Shown piece by piece: positions 11,688-24,828 of a stretch of DNA of 64,000 nucleotides (within the stretch, counting starts at the first letter, position 1; every line of letters begins with the position of its first letter). The notes under the pieces were generated by a model. That model did no database searches and was not told the DNA's origin. It worked only from the letters and a program-made list of their open reading frames with translations. This DNA comes from Octopus vulgaris. Its lineage: Eukaryota. The stretch lies in contig OX597824.1 in the NCBI GenBank assembly GCA_951406725.2, positions 79,050,001 to 79,114,000 of the forward strand. Direction: 5' to 3'. The translations under genes were made by a program, and so were the position numbers.

Positions 11688-12230
11688 GATAGTCACTTGT
11701 ACATTGATGACCTCAAGACATACTTTCTAGACATGATTAATATCTATTGCATGCCGTCCGTGAGTTCCGAAGAGTTAATCGGTAAGAGCACCTTAATGGG
11801 AGGGAACCTCGTAGGAATCAAATCAATACAATCTTGTTAAATAAATATAACGAAAGAAAAAGAATTGTGACATACAAATACTTAAGAATGAATTATCTAA
11901 TCAGAGTACATTTCACATATATGAAAGAAAATAGGCAGAAGGAATATATATAGAAACACCAGTTTTATGCTTAAACTAAAAATAATGCTAAAAATAAGAT
12001 AATATAAATTAATACTTTAGCTGTTTCACTAATCAGCTGCTGTGTATAATATAATCAACTGGGAATTGGGTGAAGTTTTGAGAATGAATAGGAAAAAACA
12101 GAGGAAATAATGATAGCTTCCAGAGCAACGACGTAAACGCGGACATTGAAAGTGTTTATTTAGTGTGAACACAAAAGGAATGGGATTTTCTGTAATTAGA
12201 AAGTCATTATAAAATAGCTACAATACGATG
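11688..12230 (+). pseudogene. Highly degenerate RT relic, R4/Dong-like non-LTR element
   Basis: Fragments SHLYIDDLKTY, YKYL, NAKNKI..INTLAV and ADIE..YL occur in the expected order, with frameshifts and stops. Confidence 0.55.
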
Positions 12231-12546
12231 TGTTTTATACATACCTCCACACACACATATTTATGTAAGCACACACATATAGATATAGATATAGATGCGT
12301 GTTATGTCTCTGTATTGATGTGAGTGCTTTATGTATATACTGGAGACACACTTTAGCTGAAGAAACACTCAGTAGACGGAGAATATGAAGGTGAGTGACC
12401 TCCAAGTTTCACGTGTCGTCATCCTCGGTAGATGACACATTTTCTAACTGGAGGCACTGTTTATATACGTCGAGCCTTCATATGAGGAAACGTTTTGAGT
12501 GCAATGTCGAATGGACGAGCTACAGAACAGGAGCGTTATGCGTGTA

Positions 12547-12746
12547 TTCTTTTATTCTTTTATTTGTTTCAGTCATTTGACTGTAGCCAATGCTGGAACA
12601 CCGCCTTTAGTCGAGCAAATCGACCCATGGATTTATTCTTTGTAAGCCTAGTACTTATTCTATCGGTCTCTCTTGCCGAACCGCTAAGTGACGGGGACGT
12701 AAGCACACCACCATCGGTTGTCAAGTGATGTTGGCGGGGACAAACA

Positions 12747-12802
<56 letters not shown>

Positions 12803-12966
12803 TAATATATGACAGGCTTCTTTCAGTTTATAAATCCACTCACAAGGCTTTGGTCGGCCCGTGGCTAATGTAGAAGACACGAGCCCAAGGTGCCACGCAG
12901 TGGGACTGAACCCAGAACCATGTGGTTGGTAAGCAAGCTTCTTACCACACAGCCACTCCTGCGCCT
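12547..12966 (-). mobile_element. SINE family A
   Basis: Near full-length match to the other copies. Confidence 0.85.
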
Positions 12967-13371
12967 GTATGTATATGTATTTTTTTAAACATGAATATTG
13001 TTGACAGTGACTTCGTCCGACGATGGCTCAACTGGATAAAACTTCGAAGTCACTATCAACAATATTCCAGTTCAAGAATAAACTTATACTCTGCAAAAGT
13101 ATAGAGTGACCTCCTCAGATTAATACAAAATTGCTTTTATTATAACAAACATAAAAACAAACATTAACTTACACGCACACACACACACACACGCGCACAC
13201 ACACACATGCATACATTCAGGCGTGGCTGTGGTAAGACGCTTGCTTTCCAACCACATGATTCCGGATTCAGTCCCACTGCGTGACACCTTGAGCAAGTGT
13301 TTTCTTCTATAGCTTCGATCCGACCAAAGATTTCTAAATGGATTTAGTAGACGGAAAATGAAAGAAACCCG

Positions 13372-13426
<55 letters not shown>

Positions 13427-13564
13427 TATATATATGTACATACCTACATATATATACATGCATATATGGGTACAGGGCATAAAAACAAAAACATAGAAAC
13501 GAACTTTTTTTCGAACAACGAAAAAAACAAACAAAGAAACGAGACATGCAACATACAGAATATT

Positions 13565-13626
13565 CCCCTTCTTCAGTTGTCCCTGTTTCATCTACTCCGC
13601 GTTTCCGAGGGCAAGGACAAGACGCG
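13565..13626 (-). ncRNA. Non-circularly permuted hammerhead ribozyme candidate (family G)
   Basis: CGCGU-C-UUGUCC-uug-CCCU-cg-GAAA-CGCG-(15 nt)-GGACAA-CUGAAGA-AGGG. Stems I, II and III all pair. Confidence 0.75.
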
Positions 13627-14580
13627 ACTTCGTTGAAACAGTCATTCCCGCAAAACAAATTAAATAAAATTTGGGATTGTTTGCGGAGGGTGGTCTATCT
13701 GTGTGTCTGTGTTTAGTCTGTCATTACCGATTTTGCTAATCTACTAATCGATGATGATGATGACGTGGTGGAGGAGAAGAAGGGGGATGGAGAAGAGGGG
13801 AAGAATGACGATAATGACGACGTTCCCGATAAGGATAGCTGTTATTTTTAACATTTATAATTCTTTCTATTATAGGCACAAGGCCTGAAATCTGGGGGGA
13901 GTGGAGGGGAAGGGAGGTGCTAGTCGATTCCATCGACCCAGTGCATAACTAGTATTTTATTTCATCGACCCCGAAAGGATGAAAGACAAAGTCGATCTCG
14001 GCGAAATTTGAACTCAGAACGTAAAACCGGATGAAATGCCGCTAAGCATTTGTCCAACTCGCTAACGATTCTGCCAGCTCACCGCTGATGATGATGAGAA
14101 TGATGATGATGATAGTGGTGGTGGCCGTGTCATTGATAGTAACGATGATGATGATCATCATCACTATTTCGAATCTTGGCACATTTTATGGCTGTGTGCC
14201 TCGATCAGAAATCTTTATTATAAATGGTAAAAAATAAAAAATAAATAATAACAAAAAATGTGGAAAAAAACGGAAAATAATGAATGATTAAAGCCAAGAT
14301 CAGTAATTTCCCTCTTGGACATTGGAATATGGTAATCGGAAATGACGGGGGGGGGAGTGAGATCCAGCAATTAATGAGATAGACAGAACACACAGAACAG
14401 AGAGAAAGAGAGGCAGACAGACAGACAGAGAGACAAAGAGAGAGGGAAGGAGAGAGAAGCAAAGAGAATATAGAGGGAGAATTATTCAAAGGCATCTTTC
14501 TGTGAGACAGGTCTTCCTTGTAATCACCTTTATCTTTGGCAGACAACAAACTTTAGCAAAATTGACCTTTATGGCGATAC

Positions 14581-15256
14581 TGTAGTAGTAGTAGTAGGAG
14601 GAGGAGGAGGAGGAGGTGGGAGGAGCAGCAGCAGTAATAGTAGTAGTAATAGTAGTAGTAGTAGTAGCAGCAGTAATAGTAGTGGTAGTAGTAGTAGCAG
14701 CAGTAATAGTAGTGGTAGTAGTAGTAGCAGCAGTAATAGTAGTGGTAGTAGTAGTAGCAGCAGTAATAGTAGTGGCAGTAGTAACAGCGGCAGTAATAGT
14801 AGTAGTAGCAGCAGTAGTAGTAGTAGCAGCAGTTGTAGTAGTATTAGCAGTAGTAGTAGTAGTAGTAGCAACAGCAGTAATAGTAATTGTATTAGTAGTA
14901 GTAGCAGCAGCAGCAGTAATAGTAGTAGTGGTGGTGGTGGTAGTAGTAGTAGTAAGAGCAGCAGCAGTAATAGAAGTAGTAGTTGTTGTAGCAGCAGTAA
15001 TAGTAGTAGTAGTAACAGCAGCAGTAATAGTAGTAGTAGTAGTAGTAACAGCAGCAGCAGTAATAGTAGTATTAGTAACAGCAGCAGTAATAGTAGTAGT
15101 AGTATTAGCTGTAGTAGTAGTAGTAGTAATAGTAGTAGTAAGCAGTAGTAGTTGTAGTAGTAGTAGTAGTAGTAGTAGTTGCTGCCTCCATGTAAAATTT
15201 GATTTTGCACTATTTGTTTTTTGTTGTAGTTGTTGCTGCGGTGGTGGTGATAGTTA

Positions 15257-15289
<33 letters not shown>

Positions 15290-15300
15290 CGGCGGCGACG
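14581..15300. repeat. Compound (GTA/GCA/ATA)n trinucleotide array
   Basis: Seen directly. It produces the spurious poly-L and poly-V ORFs. Confidence 0.95.
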
Positions 15301-15368
15301 ACGGCAGTGGTTGTATTACTTCCATAATGAATTTGATGCTGATGCACTTATTGACGTTATTGCTGTTG

Positions 15369-15400
<32 letters not shown>

Positions 15401-15595
15401 GGTGCTGGCGATGGTCCTATTATTTCCATATTGAATAGATGCTAATATTATTTATTACTGTTGTTGTTGTTGTTGTTGTTTGTGGTGGTGGTGGTGGTGG
15501 TGATGGCGGCGGCGGTGTCCGACCGATGTCGTCGTCGTCGTCGTGGTTTTATTACGGCCATATTGAATTTTGATCCTAATGTATTTATTGTTGTC

Positions 15596-15830
15596 GGTGG
15601 TGAGCTGGCAGAAACGTTAGTGCGCTGGACGAAATGTTTAGCGGTATTTTGTCTGTCGTTACGTTCTGAGTTCAAATTCCGCCGAGGTCGACTTTGCCTT
15701 TCATCCATTCGGGGTCGATAAATAAAGTACCAGTTTCGCACTGGGGTCGATATAAGCGACTTAATACCTATGTTTGTCCTTGTTTGTCCATTCTATGTTT
15801 AGCCCCTTGTGGGTAATAAAGAAATTGGTA
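15596..15830 (+). mobile_element. SINE family B
   Basis: GGTGAGCTGGCAGAAACGTTAG...AAAGAAAT. Confidence 0.8.
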
Positions 15831-16055
15831 TTGCTGGTGGAGTTACTTCCAAATCCTATTCGATGTTGTTGATCGTAGTAAGAGTGCTGATCGTAATGGC
15901 ATAGTGGTGGTGGTGGTGGTGGTAGCAGTGGTGATATTGCTTACGTATTGTGTTTGATGATATTTTTGATGGTGATGGTGGTATTTTCATAAATGTATCT
16001 GATGCCTTAGTTATTGCTGTGATGATGATGATACGAATTTCCGTTATGAATGTGA

Positions 16056-16445
16056 TAGGAGTGGCTGTGTGGTAAGTAGCTTGCTTACAAACCGCATGGT
16101 TTCGGATTCAGTCCCACTGCATGGCACCTTGGGCAAGTGTCTTCTACTATAGCCTCGGGCCGACCAAAGCTTTATGAGTAGATTTGGTAGACGGAAACTG
16201 AAAAAAGCCTGTCGCATATATGTATATATATGTATGTGTGTGTATATGTTTGTGTGTCTGTGTTTGTCCCCCCAACCGATGCTGGTGTGTTTACGTCCCC
16301 GTAACTTAGCGGTTCGGCAAAAGAGACAGATAGCATAAGTACTAGGCTTACAAAGAATAAGTCCTGGGGTCGATTTGCTCCACTAAAAGTGTTTCTCCAG
16401 CATGGCTACAGTCAAATGACTGAAACAAGTAAAAGAGAAAAGAGT
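16056..16445 (+). mobile_element. SINE family A
   Basis: Head through tail present. Confidence 0.85.
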
Positions 16446-16824
16446 ATACAATTTGCATATGACTAAATAGATGATTATTCAAAAAATAATCATGATTATG
16501 AAAAAAAAAAGTGAACAAAACGAAATACTTATAGAAAATATTGCAAAGAATTTGAGTGTTTCCACCGCCTTTCAATGATGGAAGGTGAATCAAATGTGCT
16601 GTAGTTCGTAGTAGGATATAAATAATATGAACACTTGCTTATCGGGAAATATGTAAGCTCGATTTTTTAAAATCTTATTTTTTTGTTTAAGCATCTCCAT
16701 TATAGGTATTTATATTCCGGTGAAATTAAGAAATCAACTCGTAAATAAACGAAACTCTCAAATCCATCACTGTACACGCACGCACGCACGCACGCACGCA
16801 CGCACACATACACACACACACACA

Positions 16825-16870
<46 letters not shown>

Positions 16871-16885
16871 CGCATATTTATGTAT

Positions 16886-17301
16886 TTACTCTTTTACTCT
16901 TTTACCTGTTTCAGACATTTGACTGCGGCCATGCTGGAGCACCGCCTTTAGTCGAGCAAATCGACCCCGGGACTTATTCTTTGTAAGCCCAGTACTTATT
17001 CTATCGGTCTCTTTTGCCGAACCGCTAAGTGACGGGGACGTAAACACACCAACATCAGTTGTCAAGCAATGCTGGGGGGGGGGGACAAACACAGACACAC
17101 AAACATATACGCACACACTTATATATATACATATATACGACAGGCTTCTTTCAGTTTCCGTCTACCAAATCCACTCACAAGGCATTGGTCGGCCCGGGGC
17201 TATAGCAGAAGACACTTGCCCAAGATGCCACGCAGTGGGACTGAACCCGGAACCATGTGGTTGGTTTGCAAGCTACTTACCACACAGCCACTCCTGCACC
17301 T
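16886..17301 (-). mobile_element. SINE family A
   Basis: Full-length, little-diverged copy. Confidence 0.85.
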
Positions 17302-17319
17302 ATTTATGTATTTTTGAAG

Positions 17320-17483
17320 ATAATCTAATCAAATTTTTATCATTTCGAGCCGCTCACCCAAAGAGTATTTCAGCCAAATTTGATGAAAATCTGTTCGGCC
17401 GTTTTTCAGTAATTTTGCAAACACACAGACCAAGACAAGTGATTACAATACTCTGCTTTCGCTTACGCACGCCAGGTAATAAT
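17320..17483 (-). mobile_element. Helentron-associated (HINE/DINE-1-like) fragment
   Basis: Minus strand TTATTACCTGGCG...AGAGTATTG, followed by CCGAACAGATTTTCATCAAATTTGG. Resemblance to DINE-1-like termini is from recall. Confidence 0.4.
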
Positions 17484-17529
17484 AAAAAGAAAACAAAAAG
17501 AGAAAAAATAGAGAAGGAAGTACGTCAAC

Positions 17530-17885
17530 GCGGGCAACCTTTTTTCGAGGTGCGGGCTGCATTAGGCATGACTTATCACCAGGCGGGCTGCTCTGCTAAA
17601 AAGTCCCAGAGTAATTTTCCGTTAGGTGTACCATTCAGAAAGTCCAGCGGGCTGCAAGTTACCCAGGGCTGCTGTACATGGTCGGTTGAGTTGCTAAATA
17701 TAGCAGCAAAATCTACTCCTGCGCCTATGGACACTCTATTGTCCTTAATTAAAAAAAACACAGGTGGAATGCGTAGTTTAGTCCAAGGTGTACTACGCAT
17801 GAATTAAAAATAAACGTAGGAATGGTCACGGTTCGAACGTCTTTAGGTCAGATCTAAGACTAAACAGCGATAACAACAACGATGA
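17530..17885 (+). mobile_element. Old SINE-like family with (CAA)n tail
   Basis: Related fragments at about 4915-5320, 8590-8680, 23030-23260, 39760-39900 and 63010-63075 share TGCTAGAAATAGCAGC-like and GGGCTAAACAACAAC-like motifs. Confidence 0.5.
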
Positions 17886-18185
17886 TGACGATGACAACGA
17901 GGACGTCCCCTTCACTTTGGATTAGGATTAGACCATCGCGCTGTCGTCAGCTAATGAATCTCTTTCACCATGGCAGCACGCCGCTGACCTAAATCCGATA
18001 ATCTCTCTCTCGCTCTCTCTTCTCTCACCCCCACCCTCATAGAAATAATCTTACCTACTGCTACGTACGTGCAAATTGGCCGTGATCTTTAAAGAAAACA
18101 ATGACAGGAAGACAGTTTGAATGGATCTATATAGAAGTATTGAAACGTGTGGTCTTTCAATAAACCAAAGACATGACATTGTCTT

Positions 18186-18229
<44 letters not shown>

Positions 18230-18558
18230 GTGTGTGTGTGTGTGTACATGCACGCATATATACATTATGCGAATAAATGTAGATATACATATATAATTGC
18301 ATACATATATGCATATAAATGTATGTATATGTATAGATATACGTGCCTAGTTATATAGAGGGATACGCATATATATACGTATATATACGTATATATACTG
18401 TATACATATATATATACATACATACATTATATATATATATATATAATAAAATATTAGGGAATAAATCCAAACTTACAGGGAAAAATCAGATTTAGGATTA
18501 AATCCAATTTTATAGTATAAATATATTATATTATATTATATTAAATTAGAGATAAAAC

Positions 18559-18619
<61 letters not shown>

Positions 18620-18621
<2 letters not shown>

Positions 18622-18895
18622 AGCTTAAAAGCCGCGCTATCGGGCAGTTTTTAAGTTAGTATATAGCTTTTAAGCAACTGACCCTGATTGGGAAGATCTG
18701 CAAACAGATTTCTGACTTGTTTTGGAGAATTTTTTGCAATTGTTTCCTCCAGAGTCATATCCCAATGATGATCATATTCGTGGTAATATATGTAAAAAAA
18801 AAATATCGCCGAAAACAATCGCAATAATGAAAACTTGGGAATCCAAAATTTCAGGATTTTGGGTCCGGATTAGGCCCGGAATGTTTTTAATTTAC
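18620..18895 (-). mobile_element. Helitron-like 3' fragment
   Basis: CTAG terminus in a TA tract, with an adjacent GC hairpin GCCGCGCTATCGGGC. Truncated by a SINE. Confidence 0.4.
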
Positions 18896-18899
18896 TCAC

Positions 18900-19291
18900 G
18901 AAGTGGCTATGTGGTAAGTAGCTTGCTTTCCAACCACATGGTTCTGGGTTCAGTCCCACTGCGTGGCACCTTGGGCAAGTGTCTTCTACAATAGCCTCGG
19001 GCCGACCAAAGCCTTGTCAATGGATTTGGTAGACAGAAATTGAAAGAAGCCCGTCGTATATATGTATATATATGTGTGCGTATTTGTGTGTCTGTGTTTG
19101 TCTCCCCAACATCGCTCGACAACCGATACTGGTGTTTTTACGTCCCCGTAACTTAGCGGTTCGGCAAAAGAACCAATAGAATAAGTATTAGGCTTACAAA
19201 GAATAAGTCCTGGGGTCGATTTACTCGACTAAAGGCGGTGCTCCAGCATGGCCATAGTCACATGACTGAAACAAGTAAAAGAGTAAAAGAG
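18900..19291 (+). mobile_element. SINE family A
   Basis: Near full-length. Confidence 0.85.
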
Positions 19292-20157
19292 AATTGTCCA
19301 CCGCTTCTCAAATCTTCGCAGAACCCCCACACATACACACACACACGCACATACATACACACGCACATACACTTACACACACACACACATGTGTGTAAAT
19401 ATATATTGGATGATTTGAAATGTAAACTGTATCTTTAAATTTAAAATAGGCATAATTTCAACTTCGTTGTAAAACGTAAAGAAACTAGTTTCTTTTGCAC
19501 GTGTTTTTTTTTTTTTGCTTTGTTATATTCTTTCTTTTCTCGTATTTTTCATTTCTGCGTGGGTAGTAAATGTGAAATCGATCTTCAACTTTCTTGGACA
19601 TTCCTCATTAAATATCTATGTTCGGTCTAGGGAGGGATTGGTAGATTACAACTGTTTAAAGAACTTAATTAAACCGAACCGTCTAATTTGCATAACAGGG
19701 CATTCGTTGACAATATCACTCAGTAAATTCATTCTATGTTACGTAGTGCAACATGAGATACTTTTTTTTTTAATGAACATACAATTTTAGTCTCTCTGTG
19801 ACAAGTAAACATGATGGCTACATTAGAGATCTTTTTTTCCTTTTCATAGGAAGACCTACTGGGATCAATACTTTACGCACTCACACAAACACACACACAT
19901 ACTTCCATTATTGCGGTATTGATGTAGGAAGTCACGTGATACAAGATTTGAATCAAACTCGTTAGTGATACGAACCAAGTCTTGTCTTTGTTACTGCTGC
20001 TGTTACTACGGCTCCTGATGATGATGATAATGATGATGATGGTGGTGGAGATGGTATTGATAATAAATTCGGCTACTATGTTATTTGATACACAGTCATA
20101 CACACACACACAGATACACAGATGTACATGTATATACATCTATTATACACACACACG

Positions 20158-20210
<53 letters not shown>

Positions 20211-20213
<3 letters not shown>

Positions 20214-20510
20214 CGTGACCGACCAGGATATCAGATGTTGCTACACATCGATGGTCACAATGCGCTTCGCATTGTTTTTTAGCCTTCAAATGACTCCACG
20301 CCGCTGACTATGTGAGTAGGCCAACAGAAGAAAGAGTGAGAGAAAGTTGTGGCGAAAGAGTACAGTAGGGATCGCCACCACCCCTTGCCGGAGCCTCGTG
20401 GAGATTTAGGTGTTTTCGCTCAATAAACACTCACAACGCCCGGTCTGGGAATCGAAACCGCTATCCTACAACCACGAGTCCGCTGCCCTAACCACTGGGC
20501 CATTGCGCCT

Positions 20511-20514
<4 letters not shown>
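20211..20514 (-). mobile_element. SINE, family C head with an alternative tail
   Basis: Head GGAGGCGCAATGGCCCAGTGG. The tail is shared with 37380-37626. Confidence 0.75.
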
Positions 20515-20590
<76 letters not shown>

Positions 20591-21005
20591 CCCTAATACT
20601 GGGTTGCAACAGGTATCGCCTGAAAAACGCGAAAACGTGGAACTTGGGGCGCGAGACAAACTCATAGATTTAGGTTCAATAAAATACTCCGTGTATGAGT
20701 GTGTGTTTGTGTATGGTTGTATGCGTACGTTCTCTCGTACGAGCGCGCGCACACAGACTGGCAAGATATGTAGGATTATATTTCCAACATGCGCCAATTC
20801 CTTTGCTCAAAGATTCTTGTTCGCATCCTTGGATATTTTTCACACGCTTTTAGCTGATACAACACATCCTCTCCAACTGTCATGACACGACGTTTTATTT
20901 ATTTTCAGCTATCTTACCCTCATTATTCAGTGATCTATAGACTTCCGGTTTATCAGATACTTACACGCATATATCACCAGACGCACAAAATACACATACA
21001 TATAC

Positions 21006-21047
<42 letters not shown>

Positions 21048-21100
21048 ACGGACACATGCAATAATATATAAAGATACCGACACGTCCAAGAGAAACAAGC

Positions 21101-21130
<30 letters not shown>

Positions 21131-21136
<6 letters not shown>

Positions 21137-22230
21137 TAATAAATAAAATATATGCATACATACAAACATATATGTACGTACCGACATCTACATGTATATA
21201 TACATGTATATATAAATATATATACGTACAGGACACCACAAAAAGACGTAAAAATCAACAGAAACGAAAACGGAAGAGCCATTTTGTTACAACAGAAAGA
21301 CAGAGACGTGGAACAGGACGAGAACGAAAACGGGAAAAACATTATTTACAACAGAAAAACAAGGTACAGGACATGCTACACAAGGAAAAATCCCCTTCAT
21401 CAGCTGTCACTAGTAGACTTAGCGTGTTTCGAAGGCAAGACAGGACACGACTCGTCAATACTAGGCCTTCCTGCGAGAGAATTAAAATAAAATAACCTCG
21501 CAGAGGGGTAAAACAAGCACGAAAAAAATGTAACACAAACGGGACGTAACAATAGAACTGCACAATAAAATACAAGATAAAAATACAAAATTAAAAATAC
21601 ATGTACAAGAAAATACAAAACGAGAAATAAAATACAATACGAGAAATCAAAATAAACAAGAAAACAAACGAAAAAAACAGACGAAAGGCCTTTGTTCTGG
21701 CTGGGACGGAAGAGGTACTGACGAACGCAGGGAAACATGACCTTACGGCCTGGTAGCAACGTGCAAAAGGATTAGCAGTGACGAAAGTGAAGAGGAGTGA
21801 GAGAGAGAGAGAGATAGATAGAGGAAGACACGCGGCTGAGAGAAGGATGAGGAAGAGGGAGAGAGAGAGGGGAAGGTAAAGCAAAGGGAGAGAATTTCGC
21901 GTCATAATTATATTATAAAACAATACTAGGAGGATAAGAGACGGAACGAAGAGAAAATTCGAAAATTCGAACGAACCCGACGCGAAGCGCTGTCAGACAA
22001 TAGTGTAATAAATAAAATATATGCATACATACAAACATATATGTACGTACCGACATCTACATGTATATATACATGCATATATAAATATATATACGTACAG
22101 GACACCACAAAAAGACGTAAAAATCAACAGAAACGAAAACGGAAAAGCCATTTTGTTACAACAGAAAGACAGAGACGTGGAACAGGACGAGAACGAAAAC
22201 GGGAAAAACATTATTTACAACAGAAAAACA
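21131..22230 (-). mobile_element. Non-coding terminally redundant element (869-bp unit plus 231-bp direct repeat) carrying a permuted hammerhead; retrozyme/Penelope-like
   Basis: 21131-21361 is repeated at 22000-22230 with 2 mismatches seen. (TA)n on both sides and no credible ORF. Confidence 0.75.
21392..21449 (-). ncRNA. Non-circularly permuted hammerhead ribozyme candidate (family G)
   Basis: CGUGU-C-CUGUC-uug-CCU-uc-GAAA-CACG-(14 nt)-GACAG-CUGAUGA-AGG. Confidence 0.75.
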
Positions 22231-22579
22231 TATATATATATATATATATACAACTAAAATTTTCTATTTTGGATATATTTGGGGTACTTAGGTCTGCTCA
22301 GGACTTAGTGCTTGCTTTTTTCATGGGTATGAGTAAGTATTTCATTTATGTCTTACGTATTTATCGCTGAGGAGGGGAAAATTCTTATGAATTAACCCCG
22401 AAATTGGGACCAATACGGTAATAACGGATTTTTTAGAAATTTCTATCGGCTTGTTTCGAGACGCATAAATTATAATGGTTATTGACAATTTTGTCTTTTT
22501 TTCGGCATATTTGGCATTAGAATTTTTCTTTTGCCCTTATTTTATAAGTTTTATATATATATACATATATGGACTTGTA

Positions 22580-22640
<61 letters not shown>

Positions 22641-24159
22641 GTATATAAGTATATATACGTGTAAATGTGCCTACAAACACACATACATATACATACATAT
22701 GTGTATATAAGAAATACATGTTTGTGCGCATATGGATTCCAGCAACAGAAATATCGTCTTTTATCTGTATCTCCCTACATAAACTATCTTACGGTTACAT
22801 AATTTAATACCCCACTTCTTTGAAAAAGATATGACTGATATTTCTATACACTGAATAACCCTATACAGGTTTTCCCAATGATTAGGTAATAAAACTGAAA
22901 GTGATATTTTCTTGGCGAGAAAATCTAACCTTAACCTTACGCGCGTTACTTATATTGTATTGCTATGTTGTCAGAAAATGATGCTTTATGAGAAATAGGA
23001 AGGTTCTGGCAGTATCTAAGACATGAGAACCTTGATCCAGATTACTTTCCAGCTGTTAAAGCTTCTTGAATATGGAGTGGAATGAGGGTTCACGATGTCA
23101 ACTCTAATCCTGTGCGCCTATGACCATAGGAGATTCAACTGTGACCATCTTATTTTTTTTTCAGAAGTACATTATTCAATGTGCCCTTCGTTCGTTTCAA
23201 AGATGGTAATGAGTAATTTGAGTCAAGTTTGGTTACTATTTCGAACAGACCTGTCGACCATGTAGAGATCCCATCGTTGGCTCGTGTGTATGTTGTTATT
23301 TGTTATTTTGGTTTACGAGAATAAACATGTTAAAATGGCTAATATATGCTTTTGTGGAGGTAGATATGCATCTATGACCTTTTATATATTTCACTTCGGC
23401 TGAGGATTTCAAGCGTTCAATAAGTTACCAGTTAAAACCATTGATTATATATAGCATGGCCTAATGGTTAAGAAATTCGCTTTGCAGTTACGCAGTCCCG
23501 GGTTCGGTCCCACTGAGTGTCATCCGGAGTAAGTTTCTTTTACTGTAGTGTTAGTTCGACCAATGCCTTGTATGTGAAGCTGGATAGACAAAAACTTTGT
23601 GAAAACCTGACCGATGGATTGTACTTATTAAAAGGTCTGGCTTCGTCTTGCAGCTTAATCATGCTCTTTGGAAAACCGTCGTGAGAGTGAGTGAGTCAGT
23701 CAGTCAGTCAGTCAGTCAGTTTTTGTGTCTGTTTCCCAGTCATTTGACAACTGACGTTGCTCCTCTTACGTCTCCGTGACTTAGCGGTATGACAAAAATG
23801 GCCGATAAGGTACTAGGCTTTAAGAAATATAAATACTCGGCTCAATTTGTTCGACGGAAACCCTTCAAGGCGGTGCCTCAGCATGGCCGCAGTTCAGTGA
23901 TTGAAACTAGTAAAAAATTACAACTAGTATAGTCTGCTTGTTCAAGATGAAGGTGGCATCTTACCAACAAAAGGAACGACAACGTAAGAGCGACAACTGG
24001 AATGCCATTAGCCTTAGATGTACTCAATCAGGGCGCTAACCCAGGAATAAGCAACGACACGGCTGCTGCTGATAATGGTAGTGTTGCTGTTTCTGCCGTC
24101 GCCCTATTCTAACAATTAACCTCGCGGTCATGTTCTATCAAGGGCGGCGTAATTAACAG

Positions 24160-24796
24160 CAAGTACAACAGAAAGGCGAGAAAAGGGGGAGAGAGAGAGA
24201 AGTAAGGAAGGAAAAGTAGAAAGGAGAGGAGGTAGGGAGAAAAGTGAAAAGAAGGATGAGAAGAGGAGGAGAAGGAGAGGAAGAAAAAGACGAAGATGAT
24301 GAAGAAGACGAAGATGAAGATAAAGAAGAAGATGAAGATAAAGAAGAAGAGGAAAAAGAAGAAGAGGAAAAAGAGGAAGTTTAAAAAGACGAGGAGGAAG
24401 ATAAAGGAAGAGAAGAGAAAAAGGAGGAAGTAAAAGATGATGATGATGATGATAGAAATAAGGAAAAGGCAGGAACAGACTGAGGAGGAGGCGGAGGGGG
24501 AGGAGGAGGAGGATAAACGCCTCATGGCGCTTAATCCTCCGTTGTAAATCAAGCTGTATATCTAAATTCCATCACCGATCCATCCAGCATACTTGCACAA
24601 CCACCACCGCTACCTCCACCACCGCCTCTACCAGCATCCCCGCCATCACCGACACCATTCCGCCACCATGATCACAATCCTACACCTGTAATCCATACCA
24701 ATCCCCATCCATCTTCCTTCTCTGTTGCACCACTTTACCAAATGTTATTCAGTTTGTTCGACGCAACCATAACACGACGCCAATTCCACCATCACC

Positions 24797-24828
<32 letters not shown>

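Noticed and set aside
14569-15434. 213-aa poly-Leu and 272-aa poly-Val/Ala ORFs
   Set aside because: They are translations of a trinucleotide array with no protein-like complexity.
21714-21745. Plus-strand AGGUA-CUGACGA...GAAACAUG-ACCU motif inside the 869-bp element
   Set aside because: No UH cleavage site and no helix II. At best a relic, so it is not claimed as an opposite-polarity ribozyme.
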